A stretch of 63,537 nucleotides of DNA, filler included, from Reticulomyxa filosa (Eukaryota > Protista > Foraminifera), in the NCBI GenBank assembly GCA_000512085.1. It is 18 parts of 18 records of this genome, joined end to end, with 100 filler letters (N's around TTAATTAATTAA, not from the genome) between each part and the next. Parts side by side here need not be neighbours in the genome. Positions count along the whole stretch, not along the records: positions 9,632 to 13,542 come from ASPP01028389.1; positions 13,643 to 16,625 come from ASPP01009429.1; positions 16,726 to 27,182 come from ASPP01001706.1; 15 more parts are not named here. One strand, written 5' to 3'. The notes under the pieces were generated by a model. That model searched no databases. It was not told the origin of the DNA and saw only the letters and a list, made by a program, of their open reading frames with translations. Both the position numbers and the translations under genes were made by a program. Positions 13,301 to 25,500 of this stretch are shown here, one piece after another; positions within the stretch are counted from its first letter, which is position 1; every line of letters begins with the position of its first letter.

Positions 13301-14540
13301 ATGCTGGATTCTTTTCAACAGGCGCAATCAATCGATTATTATCTAAATAAAAATTTGAATCACAAAATAGTGTGTTCATATAATATACATATATATGCAT
13401 ATATTGCATAGACATATGTAAATTATATATAAATATGGATAAGTGATATAATACCAATATCACTTTAAGAAGCGTTTTTGGTTCGCTATCACTTGTGGAG
13501 CGTTCGCGTTCGGGAGGATGGTTATGACAGCCATCAGACAGCNNNNNNNNNNNNNNNNNNNNNNNNNNNNNNNNNNNNNNNNNNNNTTAATTAATTAANN
13601 NNNNNNNNNNNNNNNNNNNNNNNNNNNNNNNNNNNNNNNNNNACAAAACAGGGTTAATTGCCTGTGCACAAAAATGATAAAACAAATAAATATTTGATAG
13701 TCACAAAAAATAAAACAAAAACAAAAATAAAACATAACATAATTGACAATGAAATTGTCAAACCCCTGAACGATTGATTTATTACAAACTGTGGTTAAAC
13801 CTAAAAACAGACCATTTCTGAAAGATTGAATGTGGCTTACAAATATTAGTTGTGATAGTTGTTCTTCATTTTCATGAGTTGTCATTCTTTCATCGCTTTT
13901 GAGCTTTTCTCGATGATGCATGACGAACTTTTGCAAGATCAACGAAATAGCCTGTCAGCAATTTTAACGATATGAAAATGATAAAATTTTTTAAACTACT
14001 TAATTTGTTCAAGTAAAGATAAAACAGCTTAAAATTTCTTGTTTGCGTGTAGAGAAGCTTTTCAATTTATTATCTAAAAAATTGTTTTGAACAACGAAGA
14101 AAAATTCAACCACTAAATATAAACGAAGGAACAAAAAATGAAATTGTTCCTTCCAGATTGTAGGATTGTACCATTACAATAATTCAATTGAATCAGGGGA
14201 AAAAATCTTATCCAATTTCTTAAAGATAATAATAATTCTTGTGTCCAATTCAATGTCAATATTCAATACAGATGAAGAAGTATATAACAAAAATTAACAC
14301 ATAAGAAGAGGAATGTGAACATATCAAAGTTATTTTTGAAGATTTATTTACCATTCCCAGCATTGTGGACATTTTGAAGTTTAATTCACAATCCCTCAAC
14401 TGTGTACACAAAAATAAGATTATAAACATTGTTTACTTTGAATAAGTAAGTTGATACCATATTGAAATAGCCCTTTTTTTTTTAATTTTCCAAGATTCAA
14501 GACGACAAACAAGCAGGAGGAAAAAAAAAGCTTGTTTTGG

Positions 14541-16613
14541 TCAGGGAGCTTTTTGTTCCTGTTGTTTTTTGGCAACGCTTTTAACAAAAGCGACATATTC
14601 TCGTGTGCCACGAAAGCGCAAGTACGAGTCTTGCATGAGTTTCCACAAGTCTTTCCTGGTATCTTCCACCAAGTCCAATACTTTGAGTACTCCAACAAAA
14701 TTTTTCTTACGACGAAGTACTGACTCCTTCCTTTTCATCGACTCTGTAGTCGACTGTGGTTCCAGTGTGACCATTTCCACTTCTTCATCTTCTAATGTCA
14801 GCAATTTTTTTATTTTTTTTTTACATATAAGTGTATATACGCATTACGTATATGCATGTGGATTAATTACTAAAAGAGTAAACTGTGTTCTCTCATAAAA
14901 AAAAAAAAAAAGAGCAAAATAAACACCTTCATTTTTGGACCGCAAAGCAGGGATTTGTTGAGGTTTGAAGTGATCGATTCGACAATCGTCTTTGTTTTTG
15001 ATGATATCAGCCCACACGCGATAATGAGAAGAGCTGATGTTGACTTGGTATTCTGCAGCGTCTCGAATGTAACGATTATGCAAGTACCGAACATGCTCAT
15101 ACAATGTCAAATTGGTACTAATAATTGCAGAATTGGGCAAGAACGGAAACGAATTTATCAAATCTTTGCCCATGGACCAGCCAAGAAACTCCGCATCCTC
15201 GTCCATTGAGTTTCTTTGGTTCTGGGGACGTTCCTCATGGTTCCCGGCACTTTGTTATCATGTTGTCATTTATTATTTATATCTCACAAGGGAAGAGAGA
15301 AGAAAAAAAAAAAAAAAAAATAACCAAACTCGGATAAATTGTGTGACAAAGTTAGATTATCAACGGCTTTGTTAACCTCTTTGATGAACGAAGAGCCGAT
15401 CCGTTCGATGATGGTGGAATGTGTGGGATCGGTGCTTGTTGTCTTGGTTAGTACCTCTGCGACTTGGTTAATGGAACTCGTAGTTGCGAGTCTGTCGATA
15501 ATGATTTTTTTGAACTCGTCTCTCCATTTCCGTAAGAATTGTGTGCACTCCACAAAGCACAACAAATTCTCTGATATATGTATATGTATAAACATACGTA
15601 TATATGTACGTATACATATACATGTATAATGTATGTGTATGAAGTTGTGAGTGTGTTATACGGCATGTTGCAATCTCAATCTTTTCAATTCTCATAAAAT
15701 ATAAAATAAAAAAATTATAAAAAATAAAAAACCAGCAGAAAATTCGGAAACAAGGAGCTCCATGAAAGCCTCAAAACCTTCTTCGTTTGAGACGAATGTG
15801 GTCAGACTAATGCTATCTTCATCCAGATCCTTGATGGCATCGATGTTGACATGATCGGAGGTTAATGCACGTAACAGCCAGCCCGTTTGAATATAATTCA
15901 CGCCCAAAAAAAGCCACTGAAACACCACCCCCGATATCAGCGTAGTGTAAACATAGATTTCGCGACTGCTGCGTCCCACACCAAACGCAACCAACTGGAC
16001 CATCGCATAGCAAAACGCGAATCTATTGTCAATCCCAAGTTACCACATACACACTATACACACTGTACACACACGTTTTACAAAAAACTACGCAAAGAGC
16101 CATTTGTGTGTTCTTTGCATTGGATGGAGCTATCAAGTGTGACTCTTAACTTCGCCATTACTATAGTGATACAAACATAGCCAATCAAACAAAAAGTTTT
16201 TTTTTTTAATGTTAAGCATTAAATATATATATGTATATATATATTTATGTATTTAAAATACTTAACAGATAATTTCATTTCGGATTTGAAAGTTGTCATG
16301 AATGCTACGAATTTTTCCAAACATTTAGAAAGAATGACGGCCAAGGTCAACGCCAAGCATGAGCCAACAGCGGCGGAGAGGTACGTCCAGTCGTGGATAT
16401 ACGTCATAATGGGGGATACTACGATGAACAACACAATGCAAAATATGTATGGAATCGACAACACTTTGAACACCCACCATTCGTTTCCATACGTCCTTCG
16501 ATGCACCGAATACCAATCCGGCGTTTTCACGCTCATCATGTCCAATGACCGTCGCCAATCCGATGATCGGATTGCACGATTGCGCTCGTATTCGTATCGT
16601 AGTATCCAAACCC
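14541..16613 (-). CDS. Multi-pass transmembrane RGS-domain protein (7TM-RGS-like), 5' truncated
   Basis: Several hydrophobic TM exons followed by RGS motifs: EGFEAFMELLVSEFSA/ENLLCFVECTQF, YLHNRYIRDAAEYQVNISS, LWKLMQDSYLRF. Apparent homopolymer frameshift near 16315. Confidence 0.85.
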
Positions 16614-16725
16614 TTTTTTTTTTTTNNNNNNNNNNNNNNNNNNNNNNNNNNNNNNNNNNNNNNNNNNNNTTAATTAATTAANNNNNNNNNNNNNNNNNNN
16701 NNNNNNNNNNNNNNNNNNNNNNNNN

Positions 16726-19620
16726 TTTTGATAGTCAATGAAATTATGTTTTTCGAACAAGTCGTCATAGTCGTGAATCTCACTACTTACAATGAAGGCT
16801 TTTTTAATTTGAGAAATAGTGTCAGCAACATTGTTACTATCATTTTATGATATACTGTATCTGAGCGCGTAACGGCTAACAATTTATTAGTTGTTAATGA
16901 TGTCTGGTGTCTAGACAAGAAATCAGCAATAATATTTTCGCGTCCAGGAAAATATCGAGCTTCAAATGACAAATCACTTAATAGTAATCCAATCGCGGTA
17001 ATATGCTGTTTGCATGATGTTAAATTTTTGTGATTACTGTAAGTGATGAATTTACTAAGAAGTAATTTATCCATTTATATTGCATATACTAGTGCATATT
17101 CTTTCTATGATTTGTGCCAATTTAATTGGTGAGAATTAAATTGTTTTGAAAATGAATTATATATTTAACAAGATGACACCGTTGTTTTGCAGCAACGCTG
17201 CTCCGATTGCATCATTTAAAGCATTGCATTGTGCAATGAAGCTTTCGTTTTTATTTGGATGTCTAGCAATTGGGTATTTGCTATTGAATCTCTTAATCGT
17301 TTGAATGCATAGTCATGTGTATCCGTCCAATTCCATTTTGTCTGCTTCATTCGTAATTTTTTTAACTAATTTGTCAATGAATCCATACTTGGAATAAATC
17401 GCGCTATATATTGAATAAGTACCAACATAAGTTCTAGTTGTTTTTGGTCTTTGGATTCAGTATGCTTAGTACTTCATTAATGTAGTGTTTGCCGACACCT
17501 ATTTTGATTATATCACTTGCACCAAGAAGATTAATTCGTTTTTGAAGAGTTCGCATTTATCAATTGCAATCTGTATATTGTACTTCTTGAATATACTAAA
17601 TATATTAGATAGCCCTGAAAATGCTTCTACTAAGTTTCTGTTACCAAAATGTCGCCAATGTATAAATCAACGTAAATAAAGATGATATTATACATTGAAA
17701 CGTTGCGGGTGCTTTTGTGAAGCAAAACCATATTCTGTTCCACTAGTATAGTCCGTTCGGTGTGATGAATACAGTCTTGTGTCTGTCATCTTCTCTTATT
17801 GGTACATGCAAGTACACCGATCGTAAATTTAACTTCGAAAAGACTCATTTATTAGCCAGTTTCTTTAACAGATCGTTTATGTTGGACAATGGCAACTAGT
17901 CACGAACAGTTGCTCGATTCAATTTCCGATAATCGCACAATCAAATGCATTGTTAGACTTGATATTTTGGTTATCACTAATCAATTTATCCATACTGCTT
18001 TTAACTTTTGGATTATATATGTTGCCGATATTCGGTTTTGTGTTAATGTACTGATAATCGAAAAGTTGAATGTTTACCTTATTGACAGTAAATTTGCTGT
18101 CCATGTTAATGTCAGTATTAGAATTACTTCCATTTTGAAGCTTTGGTGTAGAGTTAGTTATTTGACTGTTATTCTTTTTGTCCTTACCATTAATGTCGAT
18201 ATCTCGTTTGTGTTCGGAAGATGACTCACAATATTTACCTTACAATATAGCGTCCGATTGTAAATGTTCAAACAATTCGTTCTCCACCAGTAAAGCATAC
18301 CATAGTCGTCATAGTACACTGCGTGATATGATGAATTAATTGAAGGTCTGGTACAACATGAAAACTTTAAACTCTTTGGTGTGTTTTTTATTTGCGTTGT
18401 GAATATTGATATCAAACTTTTTTTGTAAAATGATCGAACCCCCTGCATGTACTATTACTAATGCTCTGGCATCATTGGTCAATAAATGTTGAAATTTATC
18501 ATTGACTGCACATAAGACGCTCCGGTATCCGCAATTGTGTGAATCGTCAATATTTCCTTATTATGCAACTTGATTTCCATATAGTCAGGCTCATCAATCA
18601 ATCTAGCGTCATTTGACTTTTGATTTTGATGTTGCAAGTTATTGTTCTTTTGGCATTTCAAGTAAGAGACTTTGTTATGTTTTTTATAAATATTTTTATT
18701 TAATACGATTGTAATTGTTGTTCCAATAACTTCGACCACTTGATTCGTTTGTGTTTTTATACAGTCTTTTATATTGTTGGAGCGAATATATACTATATCT
18801 GAATTCAGTATATTCTTCGAAGCAATTTTGTTCTTTATCTAATGCAGTTTCAGTTTCTTCCAATGTTGTTGGATTTTGATCTAATACTAATATAATCACA
18901 ATAACATTCAATGAATCTAATATCGCTTCAATCAATATATAAGCACATGTTTTCAACATCTTTCTTGCATTCTATCGTGTAATTCAACTTTAACTTCAGT
19001 GCGAATTTTACTTGCCGCCATCGTAATAGAATATCAGCTTAACATTATCCAACTTTTGTCTTGAATTGCAATAATGTTACCGTTCTATCCAGACATAATG
19101 CTTACCTCCAAACGTTTTGCACATCAATGACATCATCGCGCTAAAGTCCAAGTTTTGCGATATAATCATATCTTGCTCTTCAGCTGACAAGCATTGTGAC
19201 AAGACATACCTTATACAGAAACAATCCCGTAACTGGTATGTATTTTTCCAAGCCAGAAATTGCCGTCGCTATCTTGGAAAACTATCATGGTTTCAATCAA
19301 ATGTTGCGAAAACGATTGGGTGATTCTAAAGCTAATGTTGTCGCGTTTTGGTCAAATTTTTCAATGTGCATGTCATCGTTTACGATAATTGACTGTCTGA
19401 CGTATGGCCTTTCGCTCAATATCGGAACTGCATAAGGTTCACTTAATTCAATTTTTGGAACATATTTATTGTCAATGTTGTCTTGACTTTTTTGTTAATT
19501 ATCTATTTGTGATACCTTTTGTTGCAACGATTTTGTTACCACTTCGACACGTTTTTGTAACATCATTACTTGTTGCCTCAATAATGTTTTATCATCTTCA
19601 ACAGCTAAATCTTGACTCAC
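16726..19620 (-). mobile_element. Decayed Ty3/gypsy LTR retrotransposon (gag-protease-RT-RNase H; integrase cut off by contig end)
   Basis: Order on the minus strand: coiled-coil gag-like region, aspartic protease IADTGAS, RT (LNLRSVYLHVPIREDDRHKTVFITPNGLY..KAPATFQ), FIPSMD..KWNWTDTHDYAF, RNase H (DAIGAALLQ; RYFPGRENIIADFLSR). Numerous stops and frameshifts. Confidence 0.9.
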
Positions 19621-20124
19621 ACGACTGTTTTCCGCCATAGTTTTACGAAAAATTTATTTATTATATTGATCATCCGTTTTGAGAGTGATGAGAGTAAAAC
19701 AATAATTATATTTTCATTTTTAATTGAACAAACAATTACAAAAACAATATTAGTAAAAAAAAATGGCATATGGACAATTAAATAATTTGAGATTATGTGA
19801 AAGATAAAAAACGCATACAAGTGGCAAAAATGGTATAAAATTAAAAGATTTTTATGAAATTAGTTCATTATAATATTTGATGTAAAGATGTGATGGCATC
19901 TTGTTTTTGTATGCACTTCCAAAATATAATCTAGATATGATACAATAATTTTTTGAAAGCAGTTTTAGTACATGAATGAACACTAAAAATCAACTAAAAA
20001 GCAAAAGAGTCATATTCTCCCTTTGATCAAGTGTTCATTTTTCCTACAATTTCCTTTTTGTTAAAGAAAATTGAATATATATTTATATATTCGCTCAAAA
20101 AAAAAATGAAAGCGTTCCATCATT

Positions 20125-21147
20125 TCAATTAGTTTGACCTGATGGTGCAATGACGAGCTCACGAATGCACGCTCGCTTAGGCAGTTTGTAAACGTACAAA
20201 CAAGCGTCAGCAATATCTTCAGGCAATAATGGCCCATTTGGCAAACTTTTTACCCAACCAGTAAATCCATCATAAAGTGCTTTCTTCTCTTTGTTCGATT
20301 CCAGTATTTCTGTCTGTATTTTCCGAATCAAATGGGCATAATGTACAAAAAGGCAATGTACCGCCATTTCTTAAATAATTTTTGAATAAATTAGAAAAAA
20401 AAAGGCAAAGCAGTCCTAAACTTGTACAACTCCTGGACAAATGGTAGTGACTTTGACACCACTTGCAGCAACTTCTGCTCGAACACCTTCACTGATGGTA
20501 CTAACAGCAGCTTTAACTGCACAATACATAGTCATATTGTCATACAATTTCTTTGCCGCTGTAGAGGATATATTGATAATCGTTCCTTGTTTACGCTCCT
20601 TCATGCCTTTCAGCACGCATTTTATGCCATTTAATACACCGAACATCTTTGTGTTTTTTCCCCCAATTAAAACAACAACAAGAGTCACACAAATATTTTT
20701 TTTTAAAAAAAGCACTAAACATTGACTTGTAACATCATTTCCCATTCTTCTCTTTTTTGTTCGTCCTTTTATTTGTTGTCGTTGTTTGCGTTTTTTGAAA
20801 CATGCTTACTTAAATATATCCAAGTAGTAACAAAAAAATACGTATACCATCTGTCCGACAAACAAGACCCCAGCGTTGTTTATTAAGCAATCACATGGAC
20901 CATATATTTTTTCTGCTTTTTCCAGAGCTGCATGCATTTCATCATACTTTGCTACATCTACTTTTGCAATAAGAATATTTTTCAGTTTGCCAAATTCTTT
21001 CTCCATCTTGTCCACTCTGCGACTCAACAATAATAAAGGGTGACCCTCCTTATGAAAGTACTTTGCACATGCTTCACCAATACCAGAAGAAGCACCAGTA
21101 ATAACTACCAACGGCTTTTCATGTTTCGTATCAGGTGCTTGAGTCAT
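20125..21147 (-). CDS. Classical NADP(H)-type short-chain dehydrogenase/reductase, 4 exons, apparently complete
   Basis: TGASSGIG, LINNAG, IINISS, catalytic YCAVK, ICPGVV, C-terminal PEDIADACLYVY..P...IRELVIAP. GT-AG introns restore a continuous frame. Confidence 0.92.
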
Positions 21148-22508
21148 AATTGAAAGAGATTTATCTGAATTGACGAACAAAATAATCAAAGGCAGGTAAA
21201 AAACAACTGTACAACAAAGTTTTTGTTGTTGCGTACCTTTTTTGTAGGTTGTAGTTTGGTCACTATTTTTTCTTCAAGATGTATTGGACGATTTTTTTTT
21301 TATCACAAAAGAACAAGGCAGATCAAATTTACTTTTGCTATGTCATCAAGAGAAAGAAAGATGGAAAATAACGTAGAAATATCATTACTCAAGACAGTTG
21401 GAAATCAACATTTTTGGGAGCATGAAAGAAAGGCATCAACAAAAGTGTTGATGACAATTGTCCATTTCGTATTTTGCACTTTTGCAGCCGAAAAAAATTA
21501 AATACTGCAGTATTTGTTCTTCAATAAAAAAAAGAAATTCTCCGAGAATCATTAAAATAATGTTGCAAAAATTAAAATTTTGTGGAAAAAGTGAAGACAA
21601 TCGAAAAGGTACTCAAAAAGGGGGTTATTCCTTCTCGTGTCAGCTCTTGAGCATATTTTCACAGCTTACGAAGTACTCCTCTCACCAATTGAATGCAGCA
21701 CAAACATTATACATACAAGTTGAAAGCTTGTCTTCTTTTTTTTTGAACAAAACAGCTTATTTGTATCAAATTTTTTCACAATTCAAATAGATTAATGTGA
21801 AATATGATTTATTATGGAGAATGTCATTGATAGACAGAATTGGTATTTATGATTGTTATCATTTTGTTTCATCACATAGTTCTATTTGTCATTTTGGCAG
21901 TAAAACTTTGTTGCGTTCAAATGATTTTTTTAACAAGTTCAACATATCCTCTCTCAAAAAAAATGTTTGCCTGCATGTCATGAATTATTTGCTTTCGGCA
22001 ATCATTGGTCATATTCTTTTCTTTAGTTTCGACAATTTATAAAATAAAAAGTCTTGTGTCGTGTTTGTTTTTGTGGAGGGTATTAAAATTGGTACCTTTT
22101 TTTATTTTTGATGTCTTTTTCAATACAAAAATTTGAAAACTATCACAGCATATTTGTATTTTCCAATTGAAAAAATTCTAGTGCGATTTAATTGCTCAAC
22201 AATATTATCATTTTGTTAGGGCAATTTTTTTTTTTGTTTCCACAGAAAAAGAAAAGAAAAATCGTGAAAAATTGTTAGTGTAGGTTTTCCTGAAGAAAAA
22301 GGAGTGAATTTATAATATAATATTAAAAATTCACAGCGGCTTTCGTAACTTGTACAACAAATACGTCGCAAGTCGCTTGAGAAGCGACAATACACACAAA
22401 AAAAAAAAGGCGTGGCTCAAAATAGGTTACACAAAAAAAAAAGAAAGACGATTGAAAAAGAAAAAAAGCTCGCAATATGGTGATGGAAAGAAAGGTACGA
22501 TTAGATTT

Positions 22509-25500
22509 TTAGGGAGTTCTATCGGCCAGTTTTTCCGTGTCAATGGTAACACCAGCAACGTCTGTTGGAACAGTCGTTGTTGGCATGGGTTCTGACTCCA
22601 AAGTAGCTGTCTTTGGTTTCTCTGGGGTGGTTTGTATCTGGTCCAGTGTTTGTTGCTGTGTTGCACTAGCCACAGCACCTGCAGACTTTTTGAAAACCAA
22701 AACAAAAATGATTATTCCAATCACTCCAATTACAACAACCCCACCTGCAGTAATTCCACCAATTGCACCTGGGGAATTAATCAATAGCGCTTCTGTAACT
22801 GGACTCTGTGTCGGATAACCGGTAGGCGGGACTGAATTTTTTTTTTTTAAAAGATGGAGTGTGGATGACTTATAATCAACATGATATACATGATATCCAT
22901 GATATAAAAGCAAGAAGAACTAACCTGAAGGCGATCGGGTTGGAAATTGGGAAGGAAACTGAGTCGGATGATTAGTAGGAGGGAAGGTTGGAGCATTAGT
23001 AGGATTAGTGGAAGGGAACTGGCTCGGAAATCGAGTGGGGAAGCGTGAAGGCGCGTTGGTTGGGACACGACTTGGAGTGCGTGATGGGACTCGAGAAGGA
23101 TTTCGGCTGGGAGATCGAGATGGAGTCCGACTTGGAGTGCGCGACGGGACTCGAGAAGGACTTCGACTGGGAGAGCGAGATGGAGTCCGACTTGGAGTGC
23201 GTGATGGAGTACGACTCGGAGCTTGCGATGGACTGCGAGTCGGGAACTGCGAAGGAGTGCGACTTGGAGCGTTCGAAGGAGAACGACTCGGAGTTCGCGA
23301 CGGACTTCGAGAAGGCGATCGCGAAGGAGATCGAGACGGAGCAGAAGTAGGGAAATGAGTCGGCACGCGAGAAGGCGCTTTCGTCGGATTGCGCGATGGA
23401 GTGCGACTCGGAGTGCGTGTCGGAGAGCGAGAAGGCGCATTGGTAGGTATGAGAGTGGGGAAGCTTGGAGACGTAGTGGGATATGCACTTGGATGAAGCG
23501 AAGGCAATGGACTAAGAGTGGGAAGCGTGGGTAAGTTTGTTGGAGAAAATGAGGGATTTATCGTGGGTGTCTTTGATGGTGGTGCAGTTACGCCACTGGG
23601 ACTTTGAGTGGGACTTCGAGTAGGTGATGTACTTGGTTGAGCTGTTTATTATTATTATTATTATATTGAAATAAAACAATTATTTATTATAAATTTCTTT
23701 TTTTTACAAACCTGTTAAAAATGAAGCCAAAGCCATAATACTATACTCTGGCAAGGATCCATCCTTGTCGCATCGACTTCCTGTAAACTCGCCCACACAG
23801 CTGCACTGATTATCTGCGATGCACGTGCCATTGTTCGCGCAAGGAGGATAGCACTCAAAAGAGTTGGCAATGGTATCCAGGGTTTTGTTGAAGTCGAGAT
23901 TGCCCTGTTTGGTCTGCTGGGCCAGAGACTCGTCTCCGGTGCTGGCAAGGTCAAAGGCACACATGAGATCGGACCCGCAAATCGAGGTGATCCAAGCCTG
24001 TTCGGTGGAGTTGAAGTTGGTCAAGTTGAATGTCTCGGTGCTGTTGTACGTGACATTGCTGATTTCTGTCGTGCTCATACCGTCTTGCAATAGCAAACGC
24101 CGATGTATAGTACCACACAACAAAGGCCCTTCATCAAATACCCATGGGCGATTGCATTCGCAAAATGCCTTCGGAAGCACAAGTCTTTAATTTTTTTTAT
24201 ATTTATTAATTTGCAAAAAATATAACTTTTTTTTTTTTTTTTTTTTTTTGAAGTAACAAAAAGATTATCTTACTTGTCAAAATTTGATTGCTTGCACCCT
24301 GAATTGAACAAGGAGAACGGACAAGGAGGGCGAGATAGAGTTGGAGGATTGATTGGAACTCCGCCATAGCCTCCCAAGATTGTCTTTGGAAAAGACATTC
24401 CCTGAAGGAACTGTGGTACATAGACCATGAGATTCCAGTTATTGGTGGTATAGGTGAGTGCAATGCCGTTGAAGAATTCCATTCGAATGCTGTTGCTGGC
24501 CGTGAATTGGTAGCGGAATCTCGATCCGAAATACCAGCGATTGACCGTGCTGGACAGAGAAGTGCACTTGAAATAGCCGCTAATGCTCGCACCTTCGCTT
24601 TTGCTATTTGCATACACGGAGATGGCCTCCCAGCCCACAGATATGTTGCCGTTGACAATGACAGCAAAGCCCATCACATACGTGAGAGGGCCTGTGAAAA
24701 TGGCTTTGAGTACATCAACGGGACGGCGGATGAACAAGCCATGGATTTCAAAGTTATCCAGCTTGTACAACAGGAACGCTCCTTGTCCTTGGAAGCTGTA
24801 TTGCGACACGTCGAATCTGGTAATGTGCGGGTCGCCTTGTGCAAATCCAGGTTGCGCAGTGTCTTTTTGCCAGTTTGCAGGTTTGCAATAGTTGTTGTTG
24901 TTATTATTTATCACACTAATGGATGCAGTTATGCCAGTTATAGGACTACCTAACATTAGCGATCGTCGATGCTCTTCATTATCATTATTATCATCATCAT
25001 CACTTTCTTCTTCTTCTTCTTCTTCTCCTGAAAGTAAACGACGTCGATTAGCACTGCATTGCATTCGCAACGTCCATGAACCTGGAGTACCTCCTTGCCA
25101 ACTGACTGTAACTGTGCCAGTGCTGCCGACGCCGAGACTTTTAGCGGCTAAGGTCAGCTTCACGTAAGGCAGATCTGTCCTCCCCGCACAGTACAACGAG
25201 TCCTTGGCTGTGTACGACTTGCCACCCACGTTCAATACAAACTGCGTGTTGAACGAGCTCCCGCACATGTCGAACGACAACCACGTCTGCTTCTTCGTGA
25301 TCGTAAACTTGACTACTCTCGACTTCTTGTCGCTGCCCATCGTCGCCGTCACCGAGTGGCCGCAGCTGACTGACAACTCCGGCGTTGGTGGGAGCGTCGT
25401 CGTCGGACTATGTGTGGTGGGCTTAGCCGTGGTGGGTTTAGCTGTCGTGGGCTTGGCTGTGGTCGGGTTTCTCGTGGGGTATGCCGTTGGTGCATCCAAT

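Noticed and set aside
10400-13960. Short ORFs and coding-like remnants (10874-11290, 11756-12158, 13182-13463, 13643-13942)
   Set aside because: No recognisable domains. Likely decayed fragments or AT-rich noise.
22925-23640. Periodic repeats as a possible CRISPR array
   Set aside because: No constant repeat with unique spacers. It is a coding tetrapeptide repeat.
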